From: Buchnera aphidicola (Neophyllaphis podocarpi)
Lineage (GTDB): Bacteria > Pseudomonadota > Gammaproteobacteria > Enterobacterales > Enterobacteriaceae
Assembly: GCF_964059055.1 (NCBI RefSeq)
Contig: NZ_OZ060387.1
Coordinates: 1-6,037, forward strand
Length of the DNA stretch: 6,037 nt
Direction of reading: 5' to 3'
Shown here piece after piece: positions 1 to 6,037 of this stretch. The notes under the pieces were generated by a model, which ran no database searches, was not told the origin of the DNA, and saw nothing but the letters and a program-made list of their open reading frames with translations. The translations under genes were made by a program, and so were the position numbers. Each line of letters begins with the position of its first letter. Positions within the stretch are counted from its first letter, which is position 1.

Positions 1-10
1 ATATATGCAA
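1..10. repeat. Distal 10 nt of the right arm of the junction-spanning palindrome
   Basis: atatatgcaa is the exact reverse complement of ttgcatatat at 5933-5942. That is precisely the position expected if base 6037 is joined to base 1. Confidence 0.85.
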
Positions 11-85
11 GTTATTATTTTAGATAAATGCTTTCTATATAATAGATGCAAAATTACATTAATCAAAAAAAAAAGTAAAAAAAAA

Positions 86-115
86 TAGACATAATTCTTT
101 AAATAACTATATACT
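86..115 (+). promoter_or_regulatory. Candidate sigma70-like promoter for the leu operon
   Basis: A TAGACA (86-91) -35-like hexamer precedes two possible -10 hexamers: TATATA (108-113, 16-nt spacer) or TATACT (110-115, 18-nt spacer). It lies ~50 nt upstream of the leuA ATG. -10-like hexamers are abundant by chance in DNA this AT-rich, so support is weak. Confidence 0.2.
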
Positions 116-165
116 TTTAATAAAATTTATATTAAATTGTATTAAAAACAAAAAAACAAAAGAAA

Positions 166-1731
166 ATGAAAAATAGAATCATAATTTTAGATACAACTTT
201 AAGAGATGGAGAACAATCTTTAAAATCAAGTCTAAATACAAAAGAAAAAATTGAGATAGCATTATCATTAGAAAAATTAGGTATAGATATATTAGAATTA
301 GGGTTTCCGATATCCTCACCTCAAGAATTCAATTCAATAAAAGAAATATCAAAAATAATAAAAAATTCTACTATATGTAGTTTAGCAAGATGTGTAGAAA
401 AAGACATAGATATAGCTGCAAAAGCTATGAAATCATCAAATAATTTTAGAATTCATATCTTTTTAGCAACATCTTATTTACATATAAAATCAAAACTACA
501 AAAAACTTTTGAAGAAATAGTTCAGTTATCTATAAATGCTATAAAGATAGCAAAAAAATATACAGATGATATTGAATTTTCATGCGAAGATGCAGGAAGA
601 ACAAGTATAGATAATTTATGTTATATAGTTGAAAAGTTAATAAATGAAGGTGTAAAAACAATTAATATTCCAGACACGGTAGGATTTACTATACCTAGTC
701 AATTTGGTGATATAATAAAAAATTTATTTAATAGAGTTCCTAACATAGACAAAGCAATTATCTCTGTACATTGTCATAACGATCTTGGTATGGCTGTTGC
801 AAATTCAATAGCAGCAATTCAAAATGGAGCAAAACAAATTGAAGGGACTATATTAGGTATTGGAGAAAGAGCTGGAAATACGTCAATAGAAGAAGTATGT
901 ATGGCTATAAAAATAAGAAAGGATTTATTAAAATTTAAAACAAATATAAATCATAAGTATATATATAGAACTAGCAAGTTAGTAAGTAAAATATGTAAAA
1001 TAAAAATTCCTTCAAACAAAGCTATAATTGGAAATAATGCATTCTCACATTCTTCAGGAATACATCAGGATGGAATAATAAAAAATCGAAAAAATTATGA
1101 AATAATTAATCCTGAAAGTATAGGGATAGAAACAAATAGGTTAAATTTAACTTCAAGGTCGGGAAGAGCTGCTATTAAATATAAAATGAAAGAAATGGGT
1201 TATAAAAAAGAGGATTATGATTTAAATCAACTTTATGATTTATTTATTAAATTGGCAGACAAAAAAGGACAAATTTTCGATTATGATCTTGAAAATCTAG
1301 CTTTTTTAACCAAAGAGGAAAATGAAAGTCATTTTTATAAATTAATTAACTATGAAATAAACTTTATCTATTCAAATAAATCTAAATTTTTAATAAAATT
1401 TAAACAAGGAAAAAAAACAAAAAAAATTGAATTAGAATTCTCGAATAATTTTATATATTCTCTAATAAAATTATTTAATAGAACAATGAATATTAATATT
1501 AAAATTTGTAATTATGAAATGAATATAAAGAACAAAGAAAAAAAAGAAATATGTTCAATAAATATTAAAGTAGAATATGAAAGCCAAAAATTCTATGAAA
1601 TTATTGAGGGATATGATATGTGGGAAATCTCAATAAAATCTATATTTAATATTCTTAACAATATTAAAAAAAAAGAAAGATTAAAAAAAATAAAATTAAG
1701 TAAGGTTAATCTAAATGACAAACGAATATAG
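166..1731 (+). CDS. leuA: 2-isopropylmalate synthase (LeuA)
   Basis: Full-length 521-aa ORF. The N-terminus [17 protein letters not shown] is collinear with E. coli LeuA ([17 protein letters not shown], recalled from memory). Catalytic-domain motifs [36 protein letters not shown] and HSSGIHQDG are present. Length is close to the ~523 aa of E. coli. The last ~130 aa (regulatory domain) are collinear but strongly diverged. Confidence 0.97.
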   Translation: MKNRIIILDTTLRDGEQSLKSSLNTKEKIEIALSLEKLGIDILELGFPISSPQEFNSIKEISKIIKNSTICSLARCVEKDIDIAAKAMKSSNNFRIHIFLATSYLHIKSKLQKTFEEIVQLSINAIKIAKKYTDDIEFSCEDAGRTSIDNLCYIVEKLINEGVKTINIPDTVGFTIPSQFGDIIKNLFNRVPNIDKAIISVHCHNDLGMAVANSIAAIQNGAKQIEGTILGIGERAGNTSIEEVCMAIKIRKDLLKFKTNINHKYIYRTSKLVSKICKIKIPSNKAIIGNNAFSHSSGIHQDGIIKNRKNYEIINPESIGIETNRLNLTSRSGRAAIKYKMKEMGYKKEDYDLNQLYDLFIKLADKKGQIFDYDLENLAFLTKEENESHFYKLINYEINFIYSNKSKFLIKFKQGKKTKKIELEFSNNFIYSLIKLFNRTMNINIKICNYEMNIKNKEKKEICSINIKVEYESQKFYEIIEGYDMWEISIKSIFNILNNIKKKERLKKIKLSKVNLNDKRI

Positions 1732-2806
1732 AATATCTGTTCTTCCCGGCGACGGAATAGGACCAGAAGTTATGTTTGAAGCAAAAAAGATATTAAAATT
1801 AATTTCAAAAAAATTTAATTTAAATATAAAAATTAAAGAATATGAAGTTGGAGGAAAATCTATTGAAAAATATGGTACTCCTTTGACTAAAAAAACAATA
1901 ATAGGTTGTGAAAAATCTGATGCAATACTTTTTGGTTCAGTAGGAGGACCAAAATGGGATTCATTGCCTATTGATAAAAGACCTGAAAGAGGTTCTCTTT
2001 TAAAATTAAGACAAAAGTTTAATTTATTTGCAAATTTACGCCCATCAATTTTATATCCTGAGTTAGTTGATTTTTGTCCTTTAAAAAGAAATATTTCTAA
2101 TCTGGGCTTTGATATTTTATGTGTAAGAGAATTAACTGGAGGAATTTATTTTGGAAAACCTAGAGGAACTAAATTTAATGAAAAAAAAGAGGAATATGCT
2201 TTTGATACTGAAATATATTTCGCTTCAGAAATACAAAGAATTGCAAATTTAGCATTTAAATTATCAACAAAAAGAAAAAAGAAATTGACATTAATCGATA
2301 AAGCTAATGTTTTAGAAAGTTCTATTTTATGGAGAAAAATTGTAAAAAAAACATCTAAAGATTATCCGGACGTAAAATTATCATATCTTTATATTGATAA
2401 TGCTGTTATGAAAATCATAAAAGAACCAAACAAATTTGATGTAATACTTACATCAAATTTGTTTGGAGATATAATTTCAGATGAATGCGCGGCAATAAGT
2501 GGATCAATAGGTATGCTTCCTTCCGCTAGTTTGAATGAAAAAAAATTTGGTTTATATGAACCTTCAGGAGGATCTGCTCCAGATATAGCTGGTAAAAATA
2601 TATCTAATCCTATATCACAAATATTATCTCTATCAATGTTATTTAGATATAGTTTAAATCTAACATATATATCAGATTTGATAAACAAATCTATAAAAAA
2701 TGCATTAAAACAAGGTTATAGAACCAAAGATATATCAGATGGAAGTAATTATGTAAGTACTCAAGAAATGGGAGATAAAATTTTGTTCGAGATTAATAAC
2801 AACTGA
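1715..2806 (+). CDS. leuB: 3-isopropylmalate dehydrogenase (LeuB)
   Basis: 363-aa ORF. The N-terminus [20 protein letters not shown] matches the LeuB N-terminus (E. coli [20 protein letters not shown], recalled). Family motifs [21 protein letters not shown] and GSAPDIAGK are present. An SD-like AAGG lies at 1702-1705, 9 nt before the ATG. The start overlaps the leuA 3' end by 17 nt. Confidence 0.97.
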   Translation: MTNEYRISVLPGDGIGPEVMFEAKKILKLISKKFNLNIKIKEYEVGGKSIEKYGTPLTKKTIIGCEKSDAILFGSVGGPKWDSLPIDKRPERGSLLKLRQKFNLFANLRPSILYPELVDFCPLKRNISNLGFDILCVRELTGGIYFGKPRGTKFNEKKEEYAFDTEIYFASEIQRIANLAFKLSTKRKKKLTLIDKANVLESSILWRKIVKKTSKDYPDVKLSYLYIDNAVMKIIKEPNKFDVILTSNLFGDIISDECAAISGSIGMLPSASLNEKKFGLYEPSGGSAPDIAGKNISNPISQILSLSMLFRYSLNLTYISDLINKSIKNALKQGYRTKDISDGSNYVSTQEMGDKILFEINNN

Positions 2807-4221
2807 TGGATTATAAAATGAAAAGAACTTTATATCAAAAAATATACGAGTCACACATAGTAAGAAAAAATAAAAATTTAAATAATGCATTAATATATAT
2901 AGATTTACATTTAATTCATGAAGTTACTTCTCCTCAAGCTTTTAATTCTATTAAAATTAAGAATAGAAGAGTAAGAAATCCAGAAAAAACCTTTGCTACA
3001 ATGGATCACAATGTTCCAACAGATAGTAGAAATATAAAAGATTCAGGTATAATGGCACAAAAACAAATGAATGAATTGATTGATAACTGTAAAAAATTTA
3101 ATATTAAATTATATGACTTAAAACATAAAAATCAAGGTATTGTTCATATCATAGGTCCTGAAAATGGAATGACGCTTCCAGGAATGACAATAGTTTGCGG
3201 TGACTCTCATACTTCTACTCATGGAGCATTTGGTTCTTTAGCTTTTGGTATAGGAACTTATGAAGTAGAACATGTTTTATCTACTCAAACTTTAAACCAA
3301 AAATACTATAAAAATATGAAAATTGAAATAACAGGAAATATTCCAAAAAATATTTCTGCAAAAGATATTGTCTTATATATAATAGGAAAAATGAGTTCTT
3401 CTGGATGTAATGGATATATTATAGAATTTTGCGGAGAAGTAGTTTCAAATTTAAGTATGGAAGGTAGAATGACTATTTGTAATATGTCTATCGAAATGGG
3501 AGCTAAATCAGGAATAATTGCCCCAGATGAAATAACATACAAATATTTAAAAAATAGAAAATATTCACCTAAAGGAGAAAATTGGGAAAAAAGTTTGAAA
3601 TATTGGAATAATTTAAAATCAGATGAAAATGCTTTATTTGATAAAATAGTTCGATTTAATATAAGTAACATTGAACCTCAAATTACCTGGGGAACAAATC
3701 CAGGACAAGTAATTTCAATAAATGAAAAAATACCTGAAATAAGTGATTTTAAAGATCCAATAGAAAAAAAATCAGCAATAAAATCTTTAGAATATATGAA
3801 CATTAAACCAGGTCAGAGTCTTAAAAATTTATCAATTAATAAAGTTTTTATAGGATCTTGTACTAATGGAAGAATTGAAGATTTAAGAGATGCTGCAATT
3901 GTCGCAAAAGGTAATAAAATCGCTAAAAATGTAGAATGTTTAGTAGTTCCAGGATCTCAAAAAGTTAAGATTCAAGCTGAAAAAGAAGGATTAGATAAAA
4001 TATTTTTAGAAGCAGGTTTTGAATGGAGATTACCAGGTTGTTCTCTTTGTTTGGCAATGAATAAAGATATATTAAAACCAAAAGAAAGATGTGCTTCTAC
4101 CAGTAATAGAAATTTTGAAGGAAGACAAGGTAATAATAGCATGACTCATTTAGTTAGTCCGTCAATGGCTGCAGCGGCCGCAATAACAGGATATTTTATA
4201 GACTTTAGAGATATAATATAG
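2806..4221 (+). CDS. leuC: 3-isopropylmalate dehydratase large subunit (LeuC)
   Basis: Aconitase-family ORF with [21 protein letters not shown], the Fe-S ligand motifs GSCTNGR and [10 protein letters not shown], and [10 protein letters not shown]. The ORF-track start at 2806 forms a TGATG overlap with the leuB stop. Homology instead favours the ATG at 2818: [10 protein letters not shown] aligns with E. coli MAKTLYEKLF (recalled), and a GGA lies 7 nt upstream. The true start is 2806 or 2818. Confidence 0.96.
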   Translation: MDYKMKRTLYQKIYESHIVRKNKNLNNALIYIDLHLIHEVTSPQAFNSIKIKNRRVRNPEKTFATMDHNVPTDSRNIKDSGIMAQKQMNELIDNCKKFNIKLYDLKHKNQGIVHIIGPENGMTLPGMTIVCGDSHTSTHGAFGSLAFGIGTYEVEHVLSTQTLNQKYYKNMKIEITGNIPKNISAKDIVLYIIGKMSSSGCNGYIIEFCGEVVSNLSMEGRMTICNMSIEMGAKSGIIAPDEITYKYLKNRKYSPKGENWEKSLKYWNNLKSDENALFDKIVRFNISNIEPQITWGTNPGQVISINEKIPEISDFKDPIEKKSAIKSLEYMNIKPGQSLKNLSINKVFIGSCTNGRIEDLRDAAIVAKGNKIAKNVECLVVPGSQKVKIQAEKEGLDKIFLEAGFEWRLPGCSLCLAMNKDILKPKERCASTSNRNFEGRQGNNSMTHLVSPSMAAAAAITGYFIDFRDII

Positions 4222-4230
4222 AATAAAAAT

Positions 4231-4848
4231 ATGATAAAATTTACAGTGCATAAAGGTATTATATTACCTTTAGATATAAGTAATATAGATACTGATATTA
4301 TAATACCTAAACAATTTCTAAAAAAAATCACAAGAAGTAATTTTTCTAAAAATTTATTTCATAATTGGAGATTTATTGATGAAAAAGGTTTAAAACCTAA
4401 TCCTTCGTTTATTTTAAATAATAAACTTTATAAAAATGCAAGTATATTAGTTACTAGAGAAAATTTTGGTTGTGGTTCTTCAAGAGAACATGCTGTTTGG
4501 GCTTTGCAAGATTATGGATTTAGAGTAATAATTTCTTCAGGTTTTGCTGATATATTTTATAATAACAGTTTAAACAATAACCTTTTGCTCATTATATTAA
4601 AAGAAGATAAAATAAATGAGATAATGAATCTTATAAAAAATAATAAAATTAACTATGCAGAAATCAATTTAAAATATAATTATTTAAAAATCATAAATAA
4701 AAAATATTCATTTCATATCGACAAATATTTTAAACTAAAAATAATTAAAGGAATTGATGATATTGATATAACTATGAATGATTTTGAAAAAATATGTGCT
4801 TATGAAAGCAAGATACCAAATTTCTTACAAAGAAATTTTAGTCAATAA
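4231..4848 (+). CDS. leuD: 3-isopropylmalate dehydratase small subunit (LeuD)
   Basis: 205-aa ORF with DTDIIIPKQFL, RENFGCGSSREHAVWAL and GFADIFYNNS (aconitase swivel domain). It is collinear with E. coli LeuD (~201 aa, recalled) and starts 9 nt after the leuC stop. Confidence 0.95.
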   Translation: MIKFTVHKGIILPLDISNIDTDIIIPKQFLKKITRSNFSKNLFHNWRFIDEKGLKPNPSFILNNKLYKNASILVTRENFGCGSSREHAVWALQDYGFRVIISSGFADIFYNNSLNNNLLLIILKEDKINEIMNLIKNNKINYAEINLKYNYLKIINKKYSFHIDKYFKLKIIKGIDDIDITMNDFEKICAYESKIPNFLQRNFSQ

Positions 4849-4916
4849 TTTTTAATATTTATTAATCAATATTAAGTCTGATTTTATTTTTTAATTACTT
4901 ATTTTATTTAATAGAT

Positions 4917-4952
4917 TTTAGTTATTTATTTTTGAAAAAATAAATAACTAAA
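4917..4952. repeat. 17-bp-stem inverted repeat downstream of leuD, a possible weak leu-operon terminator or part of the repA control region
   Basis: tttagttatttattttt (4917-4933) and aaaaataaataactaaa (4936-4952) are perfect reverse complements around a central GA. The repeat lies 69 nt after the leuD stop. Only one G:C pair is present and no U-tract follows on the + strand, so it is not a canonical intrinsic terminator. Confidence 0.6.
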
Positions 4953-4957
4953 TATAA

Positions 4958-4992
4958 ACCAACTGATATTGAATTCATAATAATTAGTTGGT
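4958..4992. other. G/C-containing hairpin 27 nt upstream of the repA start, a candidate repA leader or antisense-control structure
   Basis: accaact (4958-4964) pairs with agttggt (4986-4992). The stem extends through G4965·T4985, A4966:T4984 and T4967:A4983, leaving a 15-nt loop attgaattcataata. The stem holds 3 G:C pairs in a spacer that otherwise has almost no G/C. The functional call is speculative. Confidence 0.35.
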
Positions 4993-4997
4993 AAAAA
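4969..4997 (+). promoter_or_regulatory. Candidate repA promoter with an extended -10
   Basis: TTGAAT (4969-4974) is followed by a 17-nt spacer and TGgTAAAAA (4989-4997), which resembles an extended -10. It overlaps the 4958-4992 hairpin. It would leave a very short leader before the ATG at 5019. Weak, composition-prone evidence. Confidence 0.15.
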
Positions 4998-5018
4998 TCT
5001 AAGAGAATTTTTAAAACA

Positions 5019-5864
5019 ATGAAAAGAAAAAGATATATATATAATCCTAATCCTATTTTTGTTAAACCATTAAATCAAAAAAAAAGACCAGCTTTCATAA
5101 GATATGCAATGAAATGTGCAAAAGATATAGATGTAGCTAGAAGTGAAATTAATTATGTAATAAAACCTAAAAATCCAAGAACAGGAAACAAAATAGTAAG
5201 ATTTAGACGTCTTAATGAGCATAGAGCACGTGCAATGAGAGCAATTGTACAAGCAATGTTATATCACTATAATATTGCTTCTGAATTGGTTTTAGCATCA
5301 GTAGAACAATTGTCAGATGAATGTGGACTATCCACTGTTTCTTTAGCTGGAAATAAGTCTATTACAAGAGCTTCTCGTTTAATAACAGATTTTATGGAAC
5401 CCATGGGTTTTGTTGTTTGTGAAAAAATTTGGGATAATATAATAAAAACTTATATTCCTAAAATGATAACTATAACTCCATTGTTTTTTATGTTATTTGG
5501 TATATCTAAATTTAAATTAGATAATGCTAGAAGACAACATTTAGGTTGGATTAATAGTTGTTTAAAAGAGAAAGGTGAACCTTCTATAACTGTAATAGAA
5601 GCTAAAAGAATAGCAAAAGATATACATATAAAGAATGCTTTTAAACATAGAAAATCTATTTATATTTTTAATAAACAAAGAAATCAAGCAAAAAAGTTAA
5701 TAGAACTTGATGAAAAATCAGCAAAACAAAAAATATTACAAGATTTAGTAAAAAGGTATTCAATTGGTGAATTAGTTGATATGGGTGTTAATGGTTTAAA
5801 AAAACAGGTTAGTATGGAATACTTTAGGATAAAAAAGATAGCAGGTAATATATTTTTTAGATAG
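5019..5864 (+). CDS. repA: Plasmid replication initiator, IncFII/RepFIIA RepA family (the repA1 type of Buchnera leucine plasmids)
   Basis: 281-aa ORF. It is collinear with RepA1 of R1/R100 (~285 aa, recalled) through NPNPIF near the N-terminus (R1: NPNPVF), ECGLSTVSLAGNKSITRASR (R1: ECGLATESGAGKLSITRATR) and YIPKMITITPLFF (R1: YIPTDITFTLALF). The C-terminus is basic. There is no other ATG anywhere in the 170-nt upstream spacer. Confidence 0.9.
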   Translation: MKRKRYIYNPNPIFVKPLNQKKRPAFIRYAMKCAKDIDVARSEINYVIKPKNPRTGNKIVRFRRLNEHRARAMRAIVQAMLYHYNIASELVLASVEQLSDECGLSTVSLAGNKSITRASRLITDFMEPMGFVVCEKIWDNIIKTYIPKMITITPLFFMLFGISKFKLDNARRQHLGWINSCLKEKGEPSITVIEAKRIAKDIHIKNAFKHRKSIYIFNKQRNQAKKLIELDEKSAKQKILQDLVKRYSIGELVDMGVNGLKKQVSMEYFRIKKIAGNIFFR

Positions 5865-5932
5865 ATTATTTTTTAAATAAAAATATTATTTAAATGCGAT
5901 TTTTTTTTCGTATCTTTATCTTTTTCTAAAAT
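5865..5932. other. Candidate replication-origin/CIS region between the repA stop and the palindrome
   Basis: In IncFII replicons the origin lies shortly downstream of repA, and RepA acts in cis. This segment is almost pure A/T. It contains a T9 run (5900-5908) flanked by GCGA/CG and a tandem TATCTT TATCTT (5911-5922). The assignment is positional inference only. Confidence 0.3.
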
Positions 5933-6037
5933 TTGCATATATGTAAAAAATAAATTTAAAAAGAATAAAAATATATTATATTTTGAAAAAATTTCAAAAT
6001 ATAATATATTTTTATTCTTTTTAAATTTATTTTTTAC
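5933..6037. repeat. Perfect long palindrome. Left arm 5933-5988, loop AAA 5989-5991, right arm 5992-6037 continuing into window bases 1-10
   Basis: Checked base by base. The reverse complement of 5933-5988 (ttgcatatatgtaaaaaataaatttaaaaagaataaaaatatattatattttgaaa) equals 5992-6037 followed by 1-10 (…tttattttttac + atatatgcaa). Within the window alone, the arms 5943-5988 and 5992-6037 give 46/46 perfect pairs. The structure is certain; its function (terminator, origin or recombination element) is unknown. Confidence 0.97.

Noticed and set aside
5-88. 27-codon + strand ORF (MQVIILDKCFLYNRCKITLIKKKSKKK) as a possible leu leader peptide
   Set aside because: It has no run of consecutive Leu codons, no SD and no associated attenuator hairpins. 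It starts inside the palindrome arm, and its poly-Lys tail is simply the translation of the A-runs.
2389-2688. 99-aa minus-strand ORF inside leuB
   Set aside because: It is fully antisense to a strongly supported, motif-rich CDS. The protein is low-complexity and I/F/N-rich, with no recognisable motifs. Long antisense ORFs like this arise by chance opposite a real gene.
3306-3671. 121-aa minus-strand ORF inside leuC
   Set aside because: It is antisense to conserved leuC coding sequence. The hydrophobic, low-complexity translation is typical of the reverse frame of AT-rich genes, and there is no independent support.
4146-4331. 61-aa minus-strand ORF spanning the leuC-leuD junction
   Set aside because: It overlaps the conserved ends of two well-supported + strand genes. 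It has no motifs and no plausible start context.
4852-4875. 8-bp inverted repeat ttaatatt/aatattaa just after the leuD stop
   Set aside because: It is all A/T and short, with an 8-nt loop. Repeats of this size are expected by chance at this composition, and it is much weaker than the 4917-4952 and 4958-4992 structures.
4971-4976. GAATTC palindrome in the loop of the repA-proximal hairpin
   Set aside because: A single 6-bp restriction-site palindrome has no significance on its own.
5070-5252. 60-aa minus-strand ORF inside repA
   Set aside because: It is antisense to the conserved N-terminal part of repA and has no recognisable features. An antisense regulator of repA would more plausibly be a non-coding RNA in the leader than a protein here.
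5896-5910. GCGA-T9-CG as a mini hairpin or terminator after repA
   Set aside because: Only about 3 bp could pair (cga/tcg), with the T-run as the loop. That is not a stable structure. It is retained only as a landmark within the candidate origin region.
1-6037. Search for CRISPR arrays, IS/transposon ends, tRNA/rRNA genes or a novel defence or toxin system
   Set aside because: About 92% of the window is taken up by five well-identified genes. The remaining ~500 nt contain no spaced direct repeats, no terminal inverted repeats flanking an ORF and no cloverleaf-capable G/C-rich segments. I therefore see no support for an undescribed multi-gene system here.

Overview
The window is extremely AT-rich (about four-fifths A+T by eye, not computed) and gene-dense, with all genes on the + strand. 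It holds a complete leucine biosynthesis operon, leuA-leuB-leuC-leuD (166-4848), followed by an IncFII/RepFIIA-type replication initiator, repA (5019-5864). leuABCD linked to an IncFII-type repA, with K/N/I-rich proteins, is the known signature of the leucine-amplification (pLeu-type) plasmid of an aphid endosymbiont such as Buchnera aphidicola. That taxonomic call is inference from gene content and composition. All five ORFs are full length relative to enteric homologues as I recall them, and they keep their catalytic motifs. So the core system here is well described, not novel. The most notable unexplained structure is a perfect palindrome. Bases 5933-5988 pair with 5992-6037, and the pairing continues perfectly into bases 1-10 of the window. 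This gives 56-bp arms and a 3-nt loop, 115 bp in total. It argues that the window is a complete 6,037-bp circle linearised inside the palindrome. Other points worth a second look: the C-terminal allosteric domain of LeuA has lost its glycine-rich motifs; there is no leu leader/attenuator; two adjacent hairpins lie just upstream of repA, where IncFII plasmids place antisense copy-number control; there is no recognisable DnaA box in the presumed origin region; and several 8-9 nt poly(A) tracts sit inside coding sequence. I found no CRISPR array, IS element, tRNA or rRNA.
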